DNA of 64,000 nt from an uncultured Candidatus Saccharibacteria bacterium (GTDB lineage Bacteria > Patescibacteriota > Minisyncoccia > Phycocordibacterales > SW-6-46-9). The first letter of the stretch is position 1; every line of letters starts with the position of its first letter. The notes beneath the pieces are model-generated. The model had not been told where the DNA came from and made no database searches. It saw only the letters and a program-made list of their open reading frames with translations. The position numbers and the translations under genes are program-made. Positions 31,751-42,429 of this stretch are shown piece after piece. The DNA lies in assembly GCA_964534365.1 (NCBI GenBank), contig CAZHOI010000002.1:8138-72137 (forward strand). Reading direction: 5' to 3'.

Positions 31751-32863
31751 TTAAATGTTGTGAATGTATTTAAGTGCGAGTCCCGCTGCAACGGCATATT
31801 CAGGACCAGTCTCTACCAGTAGTTTATCAAGAAATTCCGGCGCTTCGGCATTTATGAATGGTTGACAAATAGTTATTTTGGAATCCAATGTTTTTGCAAC
31901 ATATTCTGGCAACCCATATAACAGTGAACCACCCCCGCATAAATAAATAGGCAGTGATTTTTCATCACTAAATTCAGCCCGAACCCGACGAATGTCAGCT
32001 ACAATTTTATCAATTTGTGCTTTTAAAGCATCGCCCACTGGCAATCCATCTAGATCAGCTAATTTTAAATTTCGTTTAAGTTTCTCGGCCTTGGCAAAAT
32101 CAATGCCCAGACTAGTCTGTAACACTTTGCTAAATTCAACCCCACCATTGAGTTTTTTATGAGCCGAAATGATTTTATCACCCTCAATGGCATAAATTTT
32201 AGTATAGCGGGCGCCAATATCAACAATTATAGCCTGATCGACATTGTGACCAATCGCGGAACGCATCACGGAATAGGCTTCCAGTTCGAAATAAGTAACT
32301 GGTAATTCTAGATTATTAAGCACTGTTTTATACGTATCAATTATTTCTTTATTTATCACAAAGGCCAACACATTCCGAGTGACATTGTTTTGAGAAATCG
32401 GTTTAGCATCAGGTTTTTGATCTTGCGGTTTATCAATTACTTGCCAATCAATATAAACCTGTGAAATCGGAACAGGAATTTCGGATTTAAGCCTGGCATG
32501 AACTAGTCTATCGAGCTCGGCATCATTATTGCCAGCTTTTATCTGCAGGGGTACTACCAAAGTGGCAGACAGCGGTATTGCCACCGCGACCGCCTCGGGA
32601 TTATTAATCGGCGTATTGGCTAGCAAAGCGGTTAGAGCCTGTTGTAGTTTGGGGGCATCAAGGTTGGCCACAAATCCAGCGGGTTTTTCAACAAGGGGTC
32701 CCAAGTCTAATTCCCCATAATTACCTAGCTGCACTTTGCCTTTGTCTTCGATGAATTGAACTAGCTTGATCGATGATGACCCTAGTTCGATACCAACCGA
32801 AGTAATCCGATGACCTTGACTGGCTTGTTTAATTGCCTTGAAAAATGATTGCAATTTGGGCAT
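31751..32863 (-). CDS. pilM: PilM actin-like pilus assembly protein
   Basis: VGIELGSSSIKLV, IPVPI, VDIGA, LCGGGS, A.AAGLAL. Confidence 0.88.
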   Translation of the reverse strand: MPKLQSFFKAIKQASQGHRITSVGIELGSSSIKLVQFIEDKGKVQLGNYGELDLGPLVEKPAGFVANLDAPKLQQALTALLANTPINNPEAVAVAIPLSATLVVPLQIKAGNNDAELDRLVHARLKSEIPVPISQVYIDWQVIDKPQDQKPDAKPISQNNVTRNVLAFVINKEIIDTYKTVLNNLELPVTYFELEAYSVMRSAIGHNVDQAIIVDIGARYTKIYAIEGDKIISAHKKLNGGVEFSKVLQTSLGIDFAKAEKLKRNLKLADLDGLPVGDALKAQIDKIVADIRRVRAEFSDEKSLPIYLCGGGSLLYGLPEYVAKTLDSKITICQPFINAEAPEFLDKLLVETGPEYAVAAGLALKYIHNI

Positions 32864-33439
32864 ATGAAAGTGCTAGAATTAATAATAATGATACCACGGA
32901 CTTGGCAAGAGGTGTCGGGTAGTTTGTGTACAAGCCTGGTTCGACCAAATCATTTCTACCTAGTTGATTATCAATACCACCAGAAACTGGTAATTAAAAC
33001 TAAATATAGTTTGAATTTAACTGCGGTAAATCAAATCACCAACCTAATTGCTGACGACCTTAATGTTCAGATTCAGGAACTATATCCGCTGGAGCAAAAT
33101 TGGACGATTACGCCAGTGCCACTATATTGGTTATCACGTTTAAAACGACAATTTTGTTTAAATTCAATTATTTGCAAAAAAGTAGCTCATAGATGTGGTC
33201 TAAATTTTGCCAAACTACTGAGCAATACCTCGCCACAAACCCAAGGTCAGTGCCGTGATCGCGCCTCGCGGATTAAAAACGCCCAGCATAAATTCAAGCT
33301 ACGTCGTCAGATTAAGGTACCACGAAATATTATTATATTTGATGATGTCGTTGCCACTGGATCGACCATGAAGACTTGCGAGAAATTGCTGAGGCAAAAA
33401 GGTGCGAAAAATATTATTTGGTTATCGCTGGCCCATTAG
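32849..33439 (+). CDS. comF: ComF family amidophosphoribosyltransferase-like competence protein
   Basis: ITPVPL...R.F, R.SRIKN, IIIFDDVVATGST PRPP-binding motif, LSLAH end. Confidence 0.8.
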   Translation: MQFGHMKVLELIIMIPRTWQEVSGSLCTSLVRPNHFYLVDYQYHQKLVIKTKYSLNLTAVNQITNLIADDLNVQIQELYPLEQNWTITPVPLYWLSRLKRQFCLNSIICKKVAHRCGLNFAKLLSNTSPQTQGQCRDRASRIKNAQHKFKLRRQIKVPRNIIIFDDVVATGSTMKTCEKLLRQKGAKNIIWLSLAH

Positions 33440-33520
33440 ATACCTTTATATTTGAATAGTTTTAGATATTTTCATCTTGTAAACCTTGTCACACCAGTTT
33501 AGGGTTCGCTATTGCCTCCA

Positions 33521-33790
33521 GGCGGACTGTGTCCGCCGTAGGGAGCTATGGCGACCGAAGCCAGTGAGTGAGGCCTGCCTTCCGCAGGCAGGGATTGGAA
33601 CCCTCGGTACCAATAAAGGTACGCTTCCTTAGCAGGGAAGCCCATTTTTACCCGACACACCAATGCGGAGGAAGAGGGATTCGAACCCTCGAGGCCCGTA
33701 AAGGCCTACTTCCTTAGCAGGGAAGCCCATTCGACCGCTCTGGCATTCCTCCGCATTGGTGTCTGGGCGAGCCACTATACGCAACTCTCC
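33521..33790 (-). pseudogene. Fragmented outer tRNA-Ser(GCT) with three insertions, one of which contains the intact tRNA-Ser
   Basis: Removing 33527-33565, 33574-33592 and ~33647-33768 restores GGAGAGT acceptor, CTTCC-CTGCTAA-GGAAG arm, variable arm, T arm and ACTCTCCG 3' end. Confidence 0.7.
33666..33752 (-). tRNA. tRNA-Ser(GCT)
   Basis: GGAGGAA/TTCCTCC acceptor, anticodon loop CTGCTAA, long variable arm, GGTTCGAATCC, G discriminator. Confidence 0.95.
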
Positions 33791-33821
33791 AATGTTGACT
33801 AATATATCGCAACTAAAAACA

Positions 33822-35138
33822 TCAAGCCACTTTAACCTCGAACATTTGCTCTAGCCGACGTATATCAGCTAATAATTTTGAACGATCTGAGTTGTGTAGT
33901 AAAACCTTGGCAATACTACGACCACCATGTTTGGCAAATTTGGCCTTGTCACCTGATCGCGCGGGCTTGGACAGAAATTTAACAAAAGATTCAAGAGTTT
34001 TCATTTTTTGAATCCCCTTGACCGAGGTGATTTTCCCTTCTGATTTTGCATATAGTTTCATTGCAGCGGTATAACCTTTAACCTTGCGCTGAATTATTGG
34101 TTTGCGACCCATTCTAATTCGTAAATCATTTAGACCATAGTCAAAGCCATATGACAATTTATACAAATCATCACGGAACCCCCCAACCCTAGGAGCGACT
34201 TCGATAATCTTCCAGCCAAGTTCAGTCCTTATTAATTCGGCATGCACGGTGGTTGATCGCAAACCCAAAGCATGAACTGCCTTGGCAGCAACCGCTTCCA
34301 TTTTCTCCACGGTGGTTTTTTTTAATTTAGTCGGGGTCATTTGCCGATAACCAAAGTAATCATCGAAACCAATCTGTTTGCCAGTTTTTATATGAACAGG
34401 GGGACAAAAATATGATTTTCCTTTGGAATTAACAAAACAGTCTATGGAATACTGCGATCCTTCCATCAATTCCTCTACCAACAATCCTTCTGGTCCCACC
34501 TTGTCATTTTCACGATGTATTTGCGATAACTTTTTAAAAGACCGCTCTAGGGTTTTTTTAAGCTCTTCGCGATGATACACATTAGTAACCAATAGCGACT
34601 GAGCGAGACCATAGGGTTTAACCACCATTGGATAAGGTACTGTCTTTTCAATCTTGTCCAGCTCATCTTCGCTGACATTTTTTACTTCACGAAATTTGGG
34701 AGTAATTTTTGAATTATGTCTTCGAAAACGTCGACGCATCTGTAATTTATTAACCGACCACAGCAATGATTCTTTGGTTGGTAATTTAACGTATGGAATC
34801 TGAGCCACCAATTCTGCTAGTTTTGGAATATAGCTTTCAGAACGACATATCACCCCAAGAATTTTTCGATCATATGGCAGTAATACCTGTTGTAATTCTC
34901 CTGGGTTAAAAAAGTTTACCCGATGCACATAGTCAAAGTAATGTAGTTTGGCTTGATTGGCGGCTGAAATATTAGAACGATCATGCAATAGAACTAGTTT
35001 AGTTAAATAATTATTAACCTTATTCTCGTTTTTAACAAATTCAGCATAATTTTCAAGCGCTAATTCGGGAACAAATTCAACTATTAGAATATATTTTGAA
35101 GACTTTTCTGACATAGAGACTATATACGCTAACAGCAT
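33822..35138 (-). CDS. ATP-grasp domain protein (L-amino-acid ligase-like)
   Basis: NKLQMR, YPMVVKP, LLVEELMEG, VHAEL, IIEVAPRVGG. Confidence 0.85.
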   Translation of the reverse strand: MLLAYIVSMSEKSSKYILIVEFVPELALENYAEFVKNENKVNNYLTKLVLLHDRSNISAANQAKLHYFDYVHRVNFFNPGELQQVLLPYDRKILGVICRSESYIPKLAELVAQIPYVKLPTKESLLWSVNKLQMRRRFRRHNSKITPKFREVKNVSEDELDKIEKTVPYPMVVKPYGLAQSLLVTNVYHREELKKTLERSFKKLSQIHRENDKVGPEGLLVEELMEGSQYSIDCFVNSKGKSYFCPPVHIKTGKQIGFDDYFGYRQMTPTKLKKTTVEKMEAVAAKAVHALGLRSTTVHAELIRTELGWKIIEVAPRVGGFRDDLYKLSYGFDYGLNDLRIRMGRKPIIQRKVKGYTAAMKLYAKSEGKITSVKGIQKMKTLESFVKFLSKPARSGDKAKFAKHGGRSIAKVLLHNSDRSKLLADIRRLEQMFEVKVA

Positions 35139-35222
35139 TTAGGCTCGTAGTAAAGGGTTGGGCGCAAAAAAATTTACTCGTAAAGTCGTAAAAAGTGGTG
35201 TAGATCGATAAACTACAATTAA

Positions 35223-37409
35223 ATGAATCAGATCACTTCTAAAACTTTGGTTCAGGATTATTTCAAACGTGCTAAACCAGCGACTTTAAAGGGGTTAAAG
35301 CGTTTCGGTATCAACACCCTATCAGATTTGCTATATCATTTTCCTACCCGACACGTCACTATTTCAGGAACCAAGCCGATAAAACAGGCTGAAGTCGGTG
35401 AGGTATTAGTATTGTTTGGCAGTGTCCATAATCTTAAAGCTACCAAGGCCTATCGAAAAAAAACCACAATGGCGACTGCTAGACTGGAAGACGCCACCGG
35501 ATACATTGATCTGGTTTGGTTTAACCAACCATATATAGCCAAAGTGCTAAATGAAGGCTCCACAGTAAAGGTCGAGGGCAAGGTTGCCGAGCGCCGTGGC
35601 AAACCATATTTATCAAACCCTCAATTCGAGGTCATCAAAGAATTGCCTACAATTGCAGGTAATAATTTATTTGCTGAAACTACCCCCAAACCGGCCCGTC
35701 AGAAAATAGATGATAAATTTATTACTACTACCTATTCTGAATCACGAGGTGTTAGTTCCAATTGGATTAGTTTTGCCGTTGAAAAATTGTTTGCAGAAGG
35801 ATTACATCATAAATTGCCAGACCCGATTCCCCTGGCGATCCAGGAAAAACTGCAGTTGCCTGGCCTGGCTAATGCTATGGTATGGCTGCATCATCCCCGC
35901 CAGACCAGTGATGCCCAAGTCGCTCGCAAGCGTTTCGCCTTTCAAGAAATTTTTGCACTACAGGTAATAAATGCCCAAGAACAATATCAACTACAAAGAC
36001 AGCAGGGTTTTGCAGTGGATGATATAGATTTGACACCGGTGCGTGAATCCCTGGGATTTAATCTAACTAACGCGCAACAACGATCGCTTGACGAAATCTT
36101 GCACGACCTTCACCAGCCTCGGCCAATGAACCGACTATTGGAGGGTGATGTCGGATCTGGTAAAACGGCTGTGGCAGCGCAGACTCTGTTTGCCACCACT
36201 CAGTCAACGGCCGGCAAAGACTTTGAAGTCCTACAAGCGGCCATGATGGCTCCAACCGAAATACTAGCAACACAACATTTTGAAAGTTTAATTAATTTAC
36301 TGGCTAAAAGCGGCACGTCAATTGGATTGTTAGTTGGTTCTGGAGCCCGCCTATACCCATCGAAATTAAAACCCAATGATTGGACCAAAATCTCCAAGGC
36401 TCAATTGAAACGTTATGTCGAGCGCGGCGATATTGACATTCTGGTTGGTACTCATGCCCTGATATACAAAACGGTACAATTCAAACGCTTGGCCTTGGTG
36501 ATAATTGACGAACAGCACCGATTTGGAGTCCGGCAACGTCAGGCGCTGGCCCGTAGCAAAGAAGGCCGCTTACCCCATCTGCTGTCAATGACTGCCACCC
36601 CAATTCCTCGTACGCTAGCATTAACAATTTACGGTGATCTGGATTTATCAATCATCGACGAAATGCCCCCAGGACGTAAACCAGTTAAAACACAGCTAAT
36701 TACCGGATCTGATCGTGAGGCAGTTTATCTAAAAATTAGGGCAGAATTAGAAGCTGGCCGACAAGCGTATGTAATTTGTGCCCGTAAAACTGCCAGCGAC
36801 CCTGATTCTGCATCTGCTCTTGATTTAGCATCAGTTGAAGAGACTGCCGAGCGTCTCCAGAATGAGATATTTCCGAATTATTCAATTGGCCAATTACACG
36901 GTTCAATGACACCGAATAAAAAGGAGGCTATTATGCAGCAATTTTTGGATCATGAAATTGATATCTTGGTATCTACTACCGTAGTCGAAGTCGGGGTAAA
37001 TGTTGCCAACGCATCCATTATCCTGATCGAAGATGCCGAGCGTTATGGCCTGTCGCAATTACATCAGCTGCGCGGTCGAGTTCAGCGGTCTAATCATCAA
37101 TCCTTTTGCTATGTCGCCACAAAATCTACATCAGAAAAATCAATTGATCGACTACGCTTGTTCGCTAGTTCGCACAATGGATTTGATTTGGCTGAAGCTG
37201 ATTTGAAACGACGCGGACCGGGAGCATTGATCGGCAAACGACAATCAGGTTTATCAGATACTGCAATGTTGGCCCTGCAAAATAAAAAATTGATTCAAGT
37301 AGCCAGGAAATCAGCCAGCGAATTAATAGCCCAAGATCCTGAACTTAAAAACTACCCGGACCTGGCAAATTATGTCGCTGATATTCGCGCGCAACTGCAT
37401 TTGGAATAG
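35223..37409 (+). CDS. recG: ATP-dependent DNA helicase RecG
   Basis: OB wedge, MNRLLEGDVGSGKT, DEQHRFG, MTATPIPRTL, QLHQLRGRV, DLKRRGPG. Confidence 0.97.
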   Translation: MNQITSKTLVQDYFKRAKPATLKGLKRFGINTLSDLLYHFPTRHVTISGTKPIKQAEVGEVLVLFGSVHNLKATKAYRKKTTMATARLEDATGYIDLVWFNQPYIAKVLNEGSTVKVEGKVAERRGKPYLSNPQFEVIKELPTIAGNNLFAETTPKPARQKIDDKFITTTYSESRGVSSNWISFAVEKLFAEGLHHKLPDPIPLAIQEKLQLPGLANAMVWLHHPRQTSDAQVARKRFAFQEIFALQVINAQEQYQLQRQQGFAVDDIDLTPVRESLGFNLTNAQQRSLDEILHDLHQPRPMNRLLEGDVGSGKTAVAAQTLFATTQSTAGKDFEVLQAAMMAPTEILATQHFESLINLLAKSGTSIGLLVGSGARLYPSKLKPNDWTKISKAQLKRYVERGDIDILVGTHALIYKTVQFKRLALVIIDEQHRFGVRQRQALARSKEGRLPHLLSMTATPIPRTLALTIYGDLDLSIIDEMPPGRKPVKTQLITGSDREAVYLKIRAELEAGRQAYVICARKTASDPDSASALDLASVEETAERLQNEIFPNYSIGQLHGSMTPNKKEAIMQQFLDHEIDILVSTTVVEVGVNVANASIILIEDAERYGLSQLHQLRGRVQRSNHQSFCYVATKSTSEKSIDRLRLFASSHNGFDLAEADLKRRGPGALIGKRQSGLSDTAMLALQNKKLIQVARKSASELIAQDPELKNYPDLANYVADIRAQLHLE

Positions 37410-37504
37410 ACTTCATTAATAAAGCTTGTCAACTGTCCCTGGCACCCTTTTCATGGCAGAGGTTACTTTAAAGCTAATTCTTCTCTTTCATAAAAGTCAC
37501 TACG

Positions 37505-37577
37505 TGCGCCCACCAGGACTTGAACCTGGGACCACAGAGGTATAAGCTCTGCGCTCTACCAACTGAGCTATAGGCGC
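37505..37577 (-). tRNA. tRNA-Ile(TAT)
   Basis: GCGCCTA/TGGGCGC acceptor plus A73, CAGAG-CTTATAC-CTCTG anticodon arm, GGTTCAAGTCC. Confidence 0.9.
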
Positions 37578-37712
37578 GCGTAACTACTTTTATCTTGATT
37601 AAATTGTCAAGGTCGGTACTTGGACCCTATCCGCAGTTAGGCGGAAGCTAAAGCTATAAACGCTTTAATAAATGAAATAGTACCAAGAAAATTACCGCTT
37701 CGCTCGTCAAGT

Positions 37713-37740
37713 TAAAAACCACCTGTAAAGGTGGTTTTTA
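37713..37740. terminator. Intrinsic terminator (bidirectional-type)
   Basis: TAAAAACCACCT-GTAA-AGGTGGTTTTTA. Confidence 0.7.
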
Positions 37741-37756
37741 ATTACAAATGCACTTC

Positions 37757-39670
37757 TTAGCGATTCTTTAACTTGTTAAGAATGTCCAGCACATCTTTCA
37801 GCGGTGCGGCCTGCGCATCGTTAGCAGATGTGGCCCCTTGAACCTGACCTTTAGAAGGAGAGGTGCCGACCTGGCCTGGGGTGGCCATAACACAAGTATA
37901 TTTAGTAACTTCATTAACAACATTACCCTTTTGGTTTTTAACACTTATTACCCTACCAGAACTGTCTAGGGCCTGAATCCTAAACTCGAACTCGTAACAG
38001 TAGCCACGTGATTCACCGGCGTTTGGTTTAGTGCCGGTCGAGAGGATGCTTTGATAGACTCGATTGGTGGTAGTCGCCGAGCCATAATAATCTCGACGAT
38101 TGGTGGTAACCAGATATGACGACGCCCCAGCAACATCATTCCAATCCAGGGTCACACCTACACTAGTTCCATCTTGACCATAGGGTTGGGTAGTGGCGGT
38201 TAATTTAGGTTCTGATGGAAGCAAATTTATATCATTAACACTGATAAACCTACTTTTAAGATCTTTGCCAATGGAAGTTACAGATTTACTTTGTCCAGGT
38301 TGTAAATAGTAATCAACATGTTCACCTAGTACAAATCTATATGAACCATTCTGATTAGGTTTAAGTTCCCCATTTAGCCTAAAAGATTCTGTTTGACCTT
38401 CTTTGATAACATAATACAAGCCATCTTTTGAGGCAGTGGTTGATACAAGTCTGTATTTGTCATCTCCCAAATTCTTTGAAGCTCCGTTCTTATTTTCAAA
38501 ATATAAATCAAAAGGATTTGTATCATTTAGCAAATAGACATCTTCCTCAAAGGCACTTAACTCAACTTCAATATCGGCTAATACTACATCATTATTTGCG
38601 CCATCATGATCACTTAGCCAAGATATAGAATCCCAATCAACTAAAGTTAAGCCGGCTATTGCCAGGTTATGTGTTTCGGATTCTGCATAGCCTTTAACCG
38701 GCACCTTAACTGAGATATTTTCTGGCATTATTTCAGCGTATATCTCTTGACCAGATTCATAATTACCTAATTGAGATTCAAACTCTACCAACAATGAAAT
38801 ATCTACATCATCATTCGCGCCAATACGATAATCTACCCCAAAATCGTAAATTGCTACCTCATCATTAATTTGACGATCATGACTACCCTCAAAGTCTCGA
38901 CCGTTTATTTCAAGCCAGGTTTCTGCAATTACATCTCTTGGATCACTATCATCAGTATTAATAACAACTTGCATATAACCTAAATCTACAATGTTACCCG
39001 TATCATTTTCTAAATTAAAAGTAAAAATACCATAGGTATCAGAAGTATTATTTTCTTCTACCAAAATAGTAGAGCTATTAGGATTATTTGAAGATTCAGA
39101 GATTTGCAGTGTGCCATTCGTTGGAACTGGTGGCGGATTTGTTGATCCGCCGGCGCTGTCGATAAAATCATCCATCAGTTCAACTGCCTGATCTAATCTG
39201 CTGGCTAGCAACCTCTTAATCAGAAGATCTAGATCATTACTGAATCCCAGAAACATAAGCATTTGATTAGAATCCTGCACTTTTCCCAAAGCTGCTTCGT
39301 ACAAATCCATATCAGCCTTCTCGTCTTTGGTATAATCAATTACTTCATTTAGAAAATTATTATCAGCCATTCGATCATACATATTGGAAACAGATGATTT
39401 AATTCTGGCGTTTGAACTAGATAATACTTCTTGCGACAAATCATCCAGGTCGTCTGCCAAGTCTTCTAAACGATCTTCGAGTGATCCATCGTCATAGCAG
39501 CCAAGGTCCAAATTACCGCCCAATAGTGAAGCAAATAATTGAGCTTCGACTTTAGTTAAACCAGTAGCTTTTAGCTCTTCACAGCTTAAACCTCCCTGTG
39601 CGGAAGCGCTGGGAACTAATACCATGGCAAATCCAGCCGCGATAAATAGAGTTGATAAAAGATATTTCAT
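37757..39670 (-). CDS. Secreted surface (S-layer-like) protein with FN3-like region
   Basis: Signal peptide, beta-rich body, LDWNDVAGASSYLV, C-terminal GQVQGA plus amphipathic helix. Confidence 0.65.
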   Translation of the reverse strand: MKYLLSTLFIAAGFAMVLVPSASAQGGLSCEELKATGLTKVEAQLFASLLGGNLDLGCYDDGSLEDRLEDLADDLDDLSQEVLSSSNARIKSSVSNMYDRMADNNFLNEVIDYTKDEKADMDLYEAALGKVQDSNQMLMFLGFSNDLDLLIKRLLASRLDQAVELMDDFIDSAGGSTNPPPVPTNGTLQISESSNNPNSSTILVEENNTSDTYGIFTFNLENDTGNIVDLGYMQVVINTDDSDPRDVIAETWLEINGRDFEGSHDRQINDEVAIYDFGVDYRIGANDDVDISLLVEFESQLGNYESGQEIYAEIMPENISVKVPVKGYAESETHNLAIAGLTLVDWDSISWLSDHDGANNDVVLADIEVELSAFEEDVYLLNDTNPFDLYFENKNGASKNLGDDKYRLVSTTASKDGLYYVIKEGQTESFRLNGELKPNQNGSYRFVLGEHVDYYLQPGQSKSVTSIGKDLKSRFISVNDINLLPSEPKLTATTQPYGQDGTSVGVTLDWNDVAGASSYLVTTNRRDYYGSATTTNRVYQSILSTGTKPNAGESRGYCYEFEFRIQALDSSGRVISVKNQKGNVVNEVTKYTCVMATPGQVGTSPSKGQVQGATSANDAQAAPLKDVLDILNKLKNR

Positions 39671-39779
39671 AATTGATTGAATAGTTAAATAATTTTGTTT
39701 GTAACTGTCAATAAGTATAGACGACCAAAACCGCCCTTTATTACTTGATCAATAACTAAAGTGGATAACTTTTTCCCGA

Positions 39780-41864
39780 TTATTCGGCAATTACAATAGC
39801 CGGCTGGGCTGGGGTTTCTTTTTTCGGCTTCAAACCGTGTTTAGTTATCAGTTTATTGAATTCTTCACGCTCGATCGTTTCTTGGTCAATTAATCGATGG
39901 GCAATTTCATCCAGTAGATCGCGATGCTTTTTTATTGCTGATGCCGCACGATCTTTGGCTTCATTAATTAGACGTGACACTTCAAAGTCAATCGCCTTGG
40001 CGACTTCCTCGGAATATTCAGACTGGTTTTTCATGCCATATAGTGGTGATCCCGTTTCCGTCTCCAGTGCAATTGGACCAATGTCATCAGACATCCCATA
40101 TCTGGCGACCATTGACCTGGCATTAGAGGTTACTTTTTCCAAATCATTTGATGGACCAGTTGACAGGTCGTCAAAAACTAGTTTTTCGGTAACGTAACCT
40201 CCTAATGACATTGCCATAATGTCGCGGAATTGTTTGCGAGTGCGTAGTTTTTTGTCTTCAAGCGGTAATGATAATACATAACCCAACGCTCGACCGCGCG
40301 ATACTATTGTGACCTTGTGTACGGGATCAGTATGTTCCAGGGCGGCTGAAACGACCGCGTGCCCCGCCTCGTGATAAGCTGTAACCCGCTTTTCTTGATC
40401 AGATAAAAGATGAGAACGCCGTTCAGGACCTAGCAGCACCTTTTCAATGGCCGCAGTAAAGTCCGATTGATCGATGGTTTTTTTATCATGGCGGGCCGCC
40501 AAAATTGCTGCTTCATTTACCAATGAATAAATGTCAGCGCCCGAGAATCCTGGTGTCCGTTCGGCGATCGTTTTGAAATTAACGTCCTCGGAAAGTGGTT
40601 TATTTTTAGCCTGAATTTCCAGGATCTTTTCGCGCCCCTTTCGATCGGGTGAATCCACCGTTACGCGACGATCGAATCGGCCGGGACGCAGTAGTGCGGG
40701 ATCCAGAACATCAGGGCGATTAGTGGCAGCCATAATAATTACTGTTTGATTTGGTTCAAACCCATCCATTTCCACTAAAATCTGGTTTAGGGTTTGTTCC
40801 CGTTCGTCGTTCCCACCGCCAGTTCCAATACCGCGCGAACGGCCCACCGCATCAATTTCATCAATAAATACAATTGCTGGGGCAACTTTTTTGGCCATTT
40901 TAAATAGATCACGCACCCTAGATGCTCCAACACCAACAAACATCTCGACAAATTCTGATCCTGAAATCGAGAAAAATGGCACTCCAGCCTCGCCAGCTAC
41001 GGCGCGCGCTAGCAATGTCTTTCCCGTTCCTGGCGCCCCCATCAGCAACACCCCTTTGGGAATTTGGGCTCCAATTTCGAGGAATTTTTTTGGGGTTTTC
41101 AGAAATTGAACAATCTCGACTAGCTCTTCTTTGGCTTCGTTAACGCCGGCAACGTCATCAAAAGTAACCTTTTTGCGGGGATCTTTGGGATCAATCATCC
41201 TGGCCTTGGACTGCCCAAAATTAAATGGCTGCATCCCCCCGCCACCCTTGACCTGGCGTGAAAGGTACCAAAATATGGCAATAATAATTAATAACGGCAG
41301 CAAAATTGGCAATAAATATCCTAGCCAGCTAGCGAGGGCTGAAGGGGCATGTTCGGTTATATCAATCGATCGCAATTGCTCGGAGCTCACCCCAAAATTT
41401 ATCAGCGAATCGGTAATTGCCGCATCGCTTTCTTTGCGGGTTTCGTAGCGGATTTCTTCTGTTTGGGTCAAGGCAACAACTTCATTGCCATCAACCTCCA
41501 ATTCAGTCACTTCACCAGCTTGAATTAAATTGGCCAGTTCTGACAATGAGATTTCTTCGGGATTAGTTTCGCTGGGATTGAGAACATTAAAAAATGAATA
41601 GGCCAGTAGCAGGATAATAAAAGTATTGATAAAGGCATTCATTTTGGGAGACCCCATAAAATACATCATATTTTTTGATGGTTTTTTGCTAGTTTTTGAT
41701 TTTTTGTTGCTACCACTAGACTTTGGACGTTTCAGTTTCAGTTTGTCAGACGGTCGACTACCTTTATTATTTTTTGATTTAATTTTATCTTTACTTCCTT
41801 TTTCCTTGGCTGATTTATCCTTTTTCTGGTCAGCTGGATCGGAACGATTGGCGTCTGGGGACAT
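39780..41864 (-). CDS. ftsH: ATP-dependent zinc metalloprotease FtsH (ATG at 41864 preferred)
   Basis: 2 TM helices, [39 protein letters not shown]. Confidence 0.97.
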   Translation of the reverse strand: MSPDANRSDPADQKKDKSAKEKGSKDKIKSKNNKGSRPSDKLKLKRPKSSGSNKKSKTSKKPSKNMMYFMGSPKMNAFINTFIILLLAYSFFNVLNPSETNPEEISLSELANLIQAGEVTELEVDGNEVVALTQTEEIRYETRKESDAAITDSLINFGVSSEQLRSIDITEHAPSALASWLGYLLPILLPLLIIIAIFWYLSRQVKGGGGMQPFNFGQSKARMIDPKDPRKKVTFDDVAGVNEAKEELVEIVQFLKTPKKFLEIGAQIPKGVLLMGAPGTGKTLLARAVAGEAGVPFFSISGSEFVEMFVGVGASRVRDLFKMAKKVAPAIVFIDEIDAVGRSRGIGTGGGNDEREQTLNQILVEMDGFEPNQTVIIMAATNRPDVLDPALLRPGRFDRRVTVDSPDRKGREKILEIQAKNKPLSEDVNFKTIAERTPGFSGADIYSLVNEAAILAARHDKKTIDQSDFTAAIEKVLLGPERRSHLLSDQEKRVTAYHEAGHAVVSAALEHTDPVHKVTIVSRGRALGYVLSLPLEDKKLRTRKQFRDIMAMSLGGYVTEKLVFDDLSTGPSNDLEKVTSNARSMVARYGMSDDIGPIALETETGSPLYGMKNQSEYSEEVAKAIDFEVSRLINEAKDRAASAIKKHRDLLDEIAHRLIDQETIEREEFNKLITKHGLKPKKETPAQPAIVIAE

Positions 41865-41920
41865 ATAAAAGGTATTATGGACCAACAATAGCCAAAGTGC
41901 CAAAAAACTATCTTTTGACC

Positions 41921-42382
41921 ATGAAAAAAACTTCTAATCAATTTGCCAGCAATCAGCCCGCTAGCCAAAAGTATCGTCGCCTAGAATGTTACGAGGCGGG
42001 TATTAAATTGCTAGGTAGCGAGGTCAAGGCAGTCAAGGCAGGGCTTGCCGCAATAACCGGAGCATATGTGGTCGTGCGCGGCGGCGAAGCGTACGCAATT
42101 AATGTCACTATTCCCCAGTGGCAATCAAATAATCCTAGTTCGGCTCATGAACCAGAACGCCCTAAAAAACTACTGTTATCTAAAAAACAACTGCGCAAGT
42201 TGGAAGATTATGACCAGAAGAAAGGTTTTGCCTTGGTGGTTTATTCGTTGTATAATAAAAACGGTTTAATCAAGGTTGATTTGTGCGTGTCTGTTAATAA
42301 GACCACCCGCGACAAACGTCAAGAAATAAAACGACGTGATCAGGCGCGTGATATTAGACGGCAAACCAAATACAACCTTTAG
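41921..42382 (+). CDS. smpB: SsrA-binding protein
   Basis: YEAGIKLLGSEVKAVK, PERPKKLLL, DKRQEIKRRD; near tmRNA. Confidence 0.93.
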   Translation: MKKTSNQFASNQPASQKYRRLECYEAGIKLLGSEVKAVKAGLAAITGAYVVVRGGEAYAINVTIPQWQSNNPSSAHEPERPKKLLLSKKQLRKLEDYDQKKGFALVVYSLYNKNGLIKVDLCVSVNKTTRDKRQEIKRRDQARDIRRQTKYNL

Positions 42383-42429
42383 AGTACTTTCGCACTTTGA
42401 AATTTCAAATACAGTCATTCGCTTAAAGT

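Noticed and set aside
37434-37450. TGTCCCTGGCACCC as another REP copy
   Set aside because: Only one arm matches; too degenerate to count
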